NCBI GenBank assembly: GCA_000388065.2 | Contig: KB932205.1 | Reading direction: 5' to 3' (one strand) | From: Fonticula alba ATCC 38817 | Lineage: Eukaryota; Protista; Nucleariida | Length of the DNA: 15,712 nt | Shown: in pieces, positions 7,801 to 15,712 of the stretch | Numbering within the stretch: the stretch's first letter is position 1 | Layout of the letters: each line of letters begins with the position of its first letter | Made by a program: the position numbers and the translations under genes | The notes under the pieces: generated by a model | What the model was told of the DNA's origin: nothing | Seen by the model: the letters and a program-made list of their open reading frames with translations, nothing else | Database searches by the model: none

Positions 7801-9040
7801 GGCACGCCTGCCAGCCATGCAACTCCACCTGCGCCGCGTGCGCCGGCCCCAGCACCTCGGATTGCACTGCCTGCGCGGCTGGTCGCCTTCTCCTGGGTGG
7901 ATCATGTCTCCAGCAGTGCCCGGATGGCTTCTTCCCCGAGGGCGGGCTTTGTGTCCCTTGCGATCCCACCTGCGCCACGTGCGACAACCCCGGCACTTGC
8001 GCCTCGTGCGGCGCCGGGCGCTTCCTCTCGCCTGCCGGCCTCTGCGTCGACAGCTGCCCAGCCGGGGCTCATGCGTGCGCCGCCAGCGGCCGGTGCCTCG
8101 CCTGCCCGGCGCACTGCGCCGAATGCACATCGTCCGGCGCCTCCTGCATGCCGGCCTGCACCGGCTGCGAGGAGGGCTTCCTCCTGTCGGACGACCAGTG
8201 CGTTGCCTCGTGCCCGGCCGGCACGTACAGCCCCCCGGAGCTCGGCGCCTGTGCCGCGTGTGCTGCCTCCTGTCCGACGTGCGTCGAGCGGGCGGACCGG
8301 TGCACCAGCTGCGCGTCGGGTGTCCTCGTGCGCGAGAGCGGCACCTGCGTGCCGGCCTGCCCGCCCGCGCATGCTCCCTTCGAGGGGGTGTGCCTGGCCT
8401 GTCCGGCGGGCTGTGAAGCGTGCCAAGCCGACCGGACCCAGCCCCCGTGCACCGTCACGGCCGATGGCTCGCTGGCCTGCCCGGCGGTGGCTTCGTGCTC
8501 GCGCTGCGCTGGCGGCCTGTTCTTGGTGGACTCCGCCTCGTGCACCGCCGAGTGCCCGTCCGGCACCTTCGCCGATGACGAAGGCACCCCACCGGCATGC
8601 GCCGCCTGTCACGCCAACTGCACCGCGTGCATGGGCCCCACGGAGGCCGACTGCTTCGAGGCACCCAAAGGGGGGGCCTCGCGCGTCGGCCTGGCCGTGG
8701 GCCTGTCCGTGGGCCTGCTGCTGCTGCTGATCCTGCTGATCCTGCTGGTGCTGTTCTGCGTCCGCCGGCGCGCCAAGGCCGGGCTCGCGGCCCCGAAGGA
8801 CCTGGACGCCGAGGACGCCACCATGCTGAACACCATCGTGGAGCTGGCCCTGCCCGGGGCCATCCTGGTCGGTGTCGACANNNNNNNNNNNNNNNNNNNN
8901 TGCCGGTCGCCGTGCAGGACCTGGTGCGAGCCGCCTGGCAGGCGGACCCCGCCATGCGGCCCCATGCGGCCATCCTGCGCCAGCAGTGCGCCGCATTCTT
9001 TGTGGCTGCCGGTGGTCTGGGTCCGGGAATGGGGCCATGA
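4831..9040 (+). CDS. Gene 2 exon 2: Cys-rich linker, globular domain B (~5030-6280), furin-like Cys-rich repeat stalk (6285-8654), TM helix (8685-8762), juxtamembrane segment, gap, kinase C-terminus (8900-9040)
   Basis: Open from 4831 to the gap at 8881. It has repeated C..C...C..C.G....C..C units typical of FU repeats, then the hydrophobic VGLAVGLSVGLLLLLILLILLVLFCV followed by the basic stop-transfer RRRAK. After the gap it reads LPVAVQDLVRAAWQADPAMRPHAAILRQQCAAFFVAAGGLGPGMGP* (TGA 9038-9040), homologous to the gene 1 kinase tail. About 1793 codons are visible before the gap. Confidence 0.9.
8881..8900. other. 20-N scaffold gap that must hide most of the gene 2 kinase domain
   Basis: The left flank ends at ...LALPGAILVGVD (juxtamembrane) and the right flank resumes at the kinase subdomain X/XI region. 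The frame is discordant if the gap is truly 20 bp. Confidence 0.85.
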
Positions 9041-9210
9041 ACCATGCTTGCACGCCTGTCGGGTGGCGGAAGCCGGCCATCGAGCGGCGGCCGTGTGCTG
9101 GCTGACACATGGCACCTCCTCCCGCCGGGTTTTTGAAACCCAAGTTCACGCGCCCTCCCGGAAGTCAAAGCCACCACACAGTACGCGTGTGAATGCCAGG
9201 CAGCAATGTG

Positions 9211-9220
9211 AATAAATAAA
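9211..9220 (+). promoter_or_regulatory. Candidate polyadenylation signal (overlapping AATAAATAAA) for gene 2
   Basis: About 170 nt after the gene 2 stop, in a locally AT-rich patch of an otherwise very GC-rich window. Confidence 0.55.
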
Positions 9221-9626
9221 AATGGAACATATAACACCATCGACTAATCCGCCCACACAAAATGGGCAAAGGCCTGTGAGATGCCCGTGGACGGGCGGTT
9301 TTCTAAGAGGCGGCAGTTGGAGGCACATGGTCAAGCACACACCAGGGCGCGATGACCAGAGTCCCGTGAGGTTCCCGCTGCACGCACATGACCGCGTGCC
9401 GTGCGCACGTGCCGACGACCGGCCAGCAGTCCCCGAAACCATCGGCCTCGGGGGCCCGCCCGCTCAAACATGCGACACGAAACTTGGGACTGTTCGAAAC
9501 TCGCCGCACCGCCCCTGCCGCCGCGCAAACGGCGGGGTGAAACCGTGTGCCAGTGTCTCGCACGAGGGGGGGACGATCCTCATAGTCTCTGGCGCTGTGC
9601 CGGAGACAGAGACCCACCTGGCCGGG

Positions 9627-9656
9627 GTTGTTGTTGTTGTTGTTGTTGTTGTTGTT
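9627..9656. repeat. (GTT)10 microsatellite, followed by C10 and C8 tracts (9659-9677)
   Basis: Read directly from the sequence. Confidence 0.95.
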
Positions 9657-9784
9657 CGCCCCCCCCCCTCCCCCCCCGATTTCTCTCTTTCGGCCTGGTG
9701 GAACTCGAAATCATGGCACCGGCGGAGGCCTGCCAACGGCCTGGATCAGGAGCTCTCGGAGCCGTTCCCGGAGGGGGGGGGGGG

Positions 9785-10239
9785 NNNNNNNNNNNNNNNN
9801 NNNNNNNNNNNNNNNNNNNNNNNNNNNNNNNNNNNNNNNNNNNNNNNNNNNNNNNNNNNNNNNNNNNNNNNNNNNNNNNNNNNNNNNNNNNNNNNNNNNN
9901 NNNNNNNNNNNNNNNNNNNNNNNNNNNNNNNNNNNNNNNNNNNNNNNNNNNNNNNNNNNNNNNNNNNNNNNNNNNNNNNNNNNNNNNNNNNNNNNNNNNN
10001 NNNNNNNNNNNNNNNNNNNNNNNNNNNNNNNNNNNNNNNNNNNNNNNNNNNNNNNNNNNNNNNNNNNNNNNNNNNNNNNNNNNNNNNNNNNNNNNNNNNN
10101 NNNNNNNNNNNNNNNNNNNNNNNNNNNNNNNNNNNNNNNNNNNNNNNNNNNNNNNNNNNNNNNNNNNNNNNNNNNNNNNNNNNNNNNNNNNNNNNNNNNN
10201 NNNNNNNNNNNNNNNNNNNNNNNNNNNNNNNNNNNNNNN
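9785..10239. other. 455-N scaffold gap flanked by a G-run (9773-9784) and a C18 run (10240-10257)
   Basis: Read directly from the sequence. Confidence 0.95.
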
Positions 10240-10275
10240 CCCCCCCCCCCCCCCCCCTCTCCGGAGGCATTCCTC

Positions 10276-11632
10276 ATGTTCGGCCCGTGTGCCGCCGCTG
10301 GTGCCGGCCCCCTGGCGACCGGGCGGCCCCCGGGCCCGGCGCTGCCGTGGCCGCTGCCGCTGCTGGCGCTGCTCCCTCTGTTGCTGGCGGTGATCAGCGC
10401 GCCGGTGGCCCGGTCAGCACCGGCTGTCCACCTTCATGCGGCCAGAAGCCCCATATCCTCCGAGACGCTTGTCTATCACACGGCCCCGGGCAGGCCCTCG
10501 ATCGGTAGCTCGCGCTCGATGGACAACCTCCTCCTCTTGTTCCAGCAGCAGGACGCCCTGGACGCCGTGCCCGAGGTCCGGTGGGGGAGCTTCATGCCGA
10601 CCGACTTCACCTCGCGCGTGACTCGGCTCCGAAGCGCACCGCCCTCCCCGAAGCCGATCATGCACCTGCCGGTGGTTGACAACAGCGGGGAGATGGCCTT
10701 CATTGAGCATACCGACCGGTGGGTGGGGCTCTTTGCCGGCGATTTTGACTATGCCCTGCCCGGGCCATCGACCGAGCTCCTGGCCGGTGTCGGAGTATCC
10801 ACCGTGAGCGCGGATCTCCTGGGCATATACCAACCATTGAACGGCCCGTGGCGCGTCTATATGGCGACGCTTTCCGCGGGCGGCCTGACGGGATTGAGCC
10901 ACTCACTTCCGGAACTGCCGAGCCGGCCACATGTTAGCCCTGGCATCGGTCGAGCCTTCTATCTGGCCAGCGAGCACCGGCTTTTCCACCTGCTAGTTGG
11001 GGGCAATCACGTCGCCCAATTCGATCTCAGCATTTCGGCATCGGTGCGCCGGATGGCCGTTTCGCGGATCCTCTCCCGGGAAACGGTCTGCCCGTCCGCG
11101 GCCGATGTGGTCCTGCTCTTGGACTCGCACAGGGTGATGATCCTCCCCTGCCATCCCGACCCGGGCTTCCAGGAGAGCATGCTGGTGGCCGATTTGCCGG
11201 CCGGCGCCACGGCCGACGGGGACTTCATCACCCCCCCGGCCCCGGCCATGACCGAGGCATTCCCCTTCCTGCATTACCTGGACTCGAATGGCGCGCTGTG
11301 GCGCGCCGACGTCGCCCCTCTCACCGGCATCACCTGGCGTCGTGTCCTTCTCTCCGGTGTGTCGTTGTTCAGCGATTTGCAGCTGCTTCGGTTGAAAACC
11401 ACGGCCTCCGGGCCCGGGGCCTGGACGCTTGTCAGGCACCATGTGGCCCTCTTCGACTCGGAGGCCTTCGGCTGCCACACCGATCCGAGCATCATCTGCG
11501 ATGCCGACGGGGTGGTGACCGGGTCACCAGTTGGGTGGACTTGCGCTCTGGACCGCACGGAGTCGCCCTTCGCCCTGCCTGGTCAACTATGTGCCGGGTG
11601 CCCGGATGGCTTTTTCCTCGACCGTCCAGCCG
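10276..11632 (+). CDS. Gene 3 exon 1: signal peptide and ectodomain A of a paralogous receptor-like kinase (start codon tentative)
   Basis: ATG 10276 begins MFGPC...LPWPLPLLALLPLLLAVISAPVARS, with a hydrophobic core. The frame is open to QLCAGCPDGFFLDRPA-G and the donor G|GTATGT at 11633. It is homologous to gene 2 exon 1. The true start could lie in or before the gap. Confidence 0.85.
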
Positions 11633-11861
11633 GTATGTGGGGCTTCCCTGCCTTCCTGGCTTGTGAAGATGCATTCGCACACACGCACACACGCACACAC
11701 ACACACACAAATGCATTCACGCACACAGATGCATTCACACACACACACACACACACACACGCACAAAAGCCTCGCTCAAACGCCTCGCTCAAACGCCTCG
11801 CTCACACCCTTGCCTCTCGTGTCTCTTTCGCTCCCATGCCCTTCGACTGTTTGGGCAACAG
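11633..11861 (+). other. Gene 3 spliceosomal intron (GT-AG, phase 1, 229 bp)
   Basis: Donor GTATGT. Pyrimidine-rich, AG-free stretch 11770-11859 before CAACAG (AG at 11860-11861). Splicing gives ...DRPA-D-EPAFSSPSHGCRPCWQYSCRTC, which aligns with gene 2 ...DRLV-D-GPPFSHPSHSCRPCAQPGCRTC. Confidence 0.92.
11669..11807. repeat. Intronic compound repeat: three ATGCATTC heads (11669, 11711, 11729) each followed by CA-microsatellite, then 13-bp GCCTCGCTCAAAC x3 (11769-11807)
   Basis: Read directly from the sequence. The third 13-mer has one substitution. Confidence 0.9.
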
Positions 11862-14800
11862 ACGAGCCGGCCTTCTCAAGCCCGAGCCATGGGTGTCGCC
11901 CCTGCTGGCAGTACAGCTGCCGGACATGCAACCAGGACCATTGCCTGGCCTGCTTCCATCCTCTGCTCTTGGAGCCCAGCGGCCCGGGCGGGGCCACCAT
12001 TTGCGTGGCCAGTTGCTCGGAAAACTACGCCCCCCTCGCCGGCGTCTGCCAACGGGTGGACATCGCCCGGGCCGACCTCAGCATGCGGAGCCCGCTCCCG
12101 GACTCGCCTGGCGATCTCCCAGCGGGGAGGATCATCACCGGGGCCGGTGAGACGTGCCTCTCCTCGGGCGGGGCCAGCACCCTTCCCATCATCACCTCCC
12201 CTGCGTTGCCCTGTCCGCGGAATATCCTCCTCTTTTCCGGGTCCCAGGAATCGTGGATCATGGCCAACGCCGACATCGGCAAGCCGGACAAGGCGCCCCC
12301 CCGGCCGGTGGACATCCTGTCCCGGGGCATCCGCGGCCCGGTCATTGCCCTGGCCGAAGTGGGCCCCTTCCTCCAGGCCGATGGGACCCTGGTCCTGGGG
12401 CTGGTCTTGTGTGGGGGCGAGGCCGGCGAGCTGTTCGAGGCCTGGCTGTCCTGCCCTGGGTCCGGGCTGTGCATGGCCTCCAGCCTGGCCAGCCCCCAGT
12501 CTCTCGGGGTGGTGGCATGCGTCGGGGTCCAGCGCCTCGGCCCGCAGGCGATCGTCGCATACTCCTCGGCATTGGGTGTTGTCATTCACCTGCAGGCCGA
12601 TCTGACCAGCCTGCGTTTCAAGAGCTTCTCCATGAAGGGCGTCGGCCTGGTGGGCCTCCCCAGCGTGCGGGCCAACCGGTCCCTGCCCGCGTCCCGCGAT
12701 CCGGACCCCTGGCTGGTTGTCGGGACCCCGGGGTCGAACACGGTGGCCGGGCCGCTGGCCCTGCCGGCCAGGGACTCGCGCTGGCGTGGCCTCAGCCAGG
12801 GCTTCATCACCCGCGACTTCCTCGACTCCGAGGCCCTGTATGCGCCGGTGTACCTGCCGCGCGGCTCGCTGGGCTTCGGGTCGGAGCTCTTCTTCGCCCG
12901 GACCAGTGGCCAGCGGCTGGAGGTTGTCCGCGTGCCGGGGGACATGCTGCCATCCGGCCGGACCATTCGCCTGGCCACCTCGCTGCAGGTCCTCGGGGAC
13001 TATCCCTCGGTGGTGGGGGGCGGCCTCGGCTTCCAGCGCGAGATCCACTTCCAGGCCCTGTGCCTGGATGGCTGGAGCATGCCGGAATACCCGAGCGCCC
13101 TGTTGCTCCTGACCCGGAAGTTCTTCGGGCTGTCGCTGCTCCGGTGTCGGTCGGCCAGCGAGCCGTGCTTCTTGCTCCCGGCGCGCTTTGCCCGGCTCTC
13201 CCCGGGGCTGGAGCTTCAGCCCGACGAGGACTTCTGGATGCCCTTCATCGCCCGGGTGCTTGAGCCTCCGGAGCCGGCCCGTGAGGGCACCGCCCTCACG
13301 CTATGGACCCATGGTCGGTCCATCGGCGGTGTGGTCACCGGCTTGGAGTTTTCGTGCAGCTCTGGCCACTATGGCCTGGATTGTCGGCCATGCCACCCGT
13401 CCTGTCGCCAGTGCAATGGGCCCGGGGCGGCGGACTGCACCGTCTGCATGCACTGGCTGCCCGGGGCCCCGCAGGAGTGCATCGCCACCTGTCCGCCAGG
13501 CAGCAGTCCCGGCCCCCTTCCGCAGGACCCTTGCCAGTGCCATTCGTCCTGTTCCCAGTGCGACATATCGGCCCACGCGCCAGTCCGGTGCATTGACTGT
13601 CGGCCTGGGTTCGTTTTGCCGCCGGATGAGCCGGCCCCGGCCGTGTGCCTGCCATGCGCGCACCCCTGCCTCAGGTGCACCCTTCCCGAGCACCCGACCG
13701 CTTGCACTGCCTGCATGCCGGGGAACTACTTCCACCAGGGGCAGTGTCTTCTCGCCTGTCCGGACGGCTTCTGGCCGGATCACCTCGAGCTAAAGTGTGC
13801 TGCCTGCTCGGCGGCCTGTGCCTCCTGCAGCTCGTCCGACTTTTGCATCGTCTGCAAGCCCGGCTGGTTCCGGCGATCTGATGGGCAGTGCATTCGGTGC
13901 GATGCGTCGTGCGCCAGCTGCCACGGGCTCGACAGCTGCCTCACCTGCCAGCCGGGCCTCGTCTTCTTGCAGACCGCCGAGCAGGTGGATTCCCTTTGCG
14001 GCCGGACCTGCCCGCCAGGGGAGCTCCCCGGTGCCAGCCGGTGCGTCAAGTGCGACGACTCGTGCGGGCTCTGTGCCGTCGGCCCGAGCCAGTGTGTGGC
14101 GTGCGCCGAGGGGCACCGGTGGGCCTCGGGGCCGCCGCGCCCCGGCGGCACGGGGTCCTGTGTTCCCTGCCACCCGGGGTGCGCGTCCTGCACCTCTGGC
14201 AGCTGCCACGCCTGCGGGGGCGGGCTGCTGCTGACCCGGCAGGGCGACTGCGTGGCCGTCTGCCCGGCTGGCACCTACGGCACGGATGAGTCCTGCCAGC
14301 CGTGCGATGTCAGCTGCGCCACCTGCGTCGGGGGCCAGGCCGACCAGTGCGCCAGCTGCGCCGCCGGGCTGGCATTGGCCGAGGTCGCCGATGGGGTGGG
14401 CTCCTGTCGGTCGACCTGCCCGACCGGCGAGTATCATGATGTCCCTTCCGGCAGCTGCATGCCTTGTGACGCGGCGTGCGCCACGTGCAACGGCCCGTCG
14501 GACAGGGACTGCTGGCGCTGTGCCAGCGGTGTGCTGCAGGATGGCGACTGTGTGCAGCACTGCGCCGCGAAGCATGTGGCCCTGGCCGGGCGGTGCCTGC
14601 CCTGCCATGTCTCGTGCGACCAGTGCGCCGGGACCCGGAGCACCGAGTGCCTGCCGGCCTGCCCGAGCGAGCTGCTGGCCCTGCCGGCCGGGGCGTCGCC
14701 CATGCGCTGCGTGCCGGCCTGCCCGGTGGGCTACAGTGCCTCGGGCGCCGGGTGCACCCCCTGCGGGGAGCACTGCGCCAGCTGCCCCGGCCGGCCGGAC

Positions 14801-15712
14801 GCCTGCGCCCTGTGCGACCGGGGCTGGCTGCTGGACGCCCCGCTGTGCGTGGCCTCCTGCCCGGTCCAGACCACGCCCCTGGGCGGGCAGTGCATGGTGT
14901 GCGACGAGACGTGCGACGCATGCTTCGGGCCCGGCCCGGAGGATTGCGTCACATGCGGCCGGCGGTTCCCGCTGCTCTTTGACGGCCGGTGCCTGGCCAC
15001 ATGCCCCCCGGGGACCTTCCAAGATGGCAAGGCTTGCCTCCCCTGCAATGGGTCCTGCGCCGGCTGCAATGGGCCCGAGCCTGTCCACTGTACCGCCTGC
15101 CCCGGGGGGCTGGTTCTCCACGTGGGCGTCTGCACGTCCGCATGTCCGGATGGCTTCTTCCCCGAGGGCGGGCTTTGTGTCCGCTGCGAGCCCACCTGCG
15201 CCACGTGCGACAACCCCGACACCTGCGCCTCGTGCGGCGCCGGGCGCTTCCTCTCGCCTGCCGGCCTCTGCGTCGACAGCTGCCCAGCCGGGGCTCATGC
15301 GTGCGCCGCCAGCGGCCGGTGCCTCGCCTGCCCGGCGCACTGCGCCGAATGCACATCGTCCGGCGCCTCCTGCATGCCGGCCTGCACCGGCTGCGAGGAG
15401 GGCTTCTTCCTGTCGGACGACCAGTGCGTTGCCTCGTGCCCGGCCGGCACGTACAGCCCCCCGGAGCTCGGCGCCTGTGCCGCGTGTGCTGCCTCCTGTC
15501 CGACGTGCGTCGAGCGGGCGGACCGGTGCACCAGCTGCGCGTCGGGTGTCCTCGTGCGCGAGAGCGGCACCTGCGTGTCGGCCTGCCCGCCCGCGCATGC
15601 TCCCTTCGAGGGGGTGTGCCTTGCCTGCTCCAGTGGCTGCGAGCAGTGCGAAGCGGCGCCCGGGCAGACCGGGTGCACCATCGGCCTGGATGGGCGCCTG
15701 ACCTGCCCGGAG
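11862..15712 (+). CDS. Gene 3 exon 2 (3'-partial): Cys-rich linker, globular domain B, furin-like Cys-rich repeats from ~13355; TM and kinase expected beyond the window
   Basis: Manual translation (codons from 11864) is open for 1283 codons to the window end. Motifs shared with gene 2 include RNILLF, VPGDMLPSGR, PSALLLLTRKFFGLSLLRC and PCFLLPARF, and the FU repeats are collinear with gene 2 at a constant offset of 7226 bp. It is absent from the ORF track, presumably because it has no stop inside the window. Confidence 0.92.

Noticed and set aside
9041-9215. C-terminal tail of the 1585-aa ORF (CRSPCRTW…QQCE, to 9215)
   Set aside because: Artefact of reading across the 20-N gap in the wrong frame. 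The kinase-homologous frame stops at 9038-9040.
11672-11679. CATTCGCA in the gene 3 intron is the reverse complement of TGCGAATG in the gene 2 minisatellite
   Set aside because: Only 8 bp and it does not extend, so it is insufficient to claim homology between the two intronic repeats.

Overview
GC-rich eukaryotic genomic DNA with spliceosomal GT-AG introns and three scaffold gaps (N at 4470-4668, 8881-8900, 9785-10239). The window holds a tandem, head-to-tail (+ strand) array of three paralogous single-pass receptor-kinase genes. Gene 1 is represented only by its last ~117 codons (protein kinase subdomains VIII-XI, stop at 506-508), interrupted by an exact 155-bp tandem duplication. Gene 2 is nearly complete (exon 1 2976-4305, intron 4306-4830, exon 2 4831-9040). 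It encodes a signal peptide, globular domain A, a short Cys-rich linker, globular domain B, a ~790-aa furin-like (FU) Cys-rich repeat stalk, a TM helix and a kinase domain that is almost entirely lost in a 20-N gap. Gene 3 (exon 1 ~10276-11632, intron 11633-11861, exon 2 11862->15712) has the same architecture and runs off the window. Its 1283-codon exon 2 is missing from the supplied ORF track; I translated it by hand and found no stop. The paralogues have strongly diverged N-terminal ectodomains but contain sharply bounded 96-99.5% identical blocks in the stalk and a 72-bp identical block in the kinase, a pattern that suggests gene conversion. The style of these genes (GC-rich, FU-repeat TKL-type receptor kinases ending 'MTVRYAAPE...WQADPAMRP') matches my recollection of the expanded TKL kinase family of the aggregative amoeba Fonticula alba; this is recall and inference, not a database result. 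No rRNA, tRNA, CRISPR or recognisable transposase was seen.
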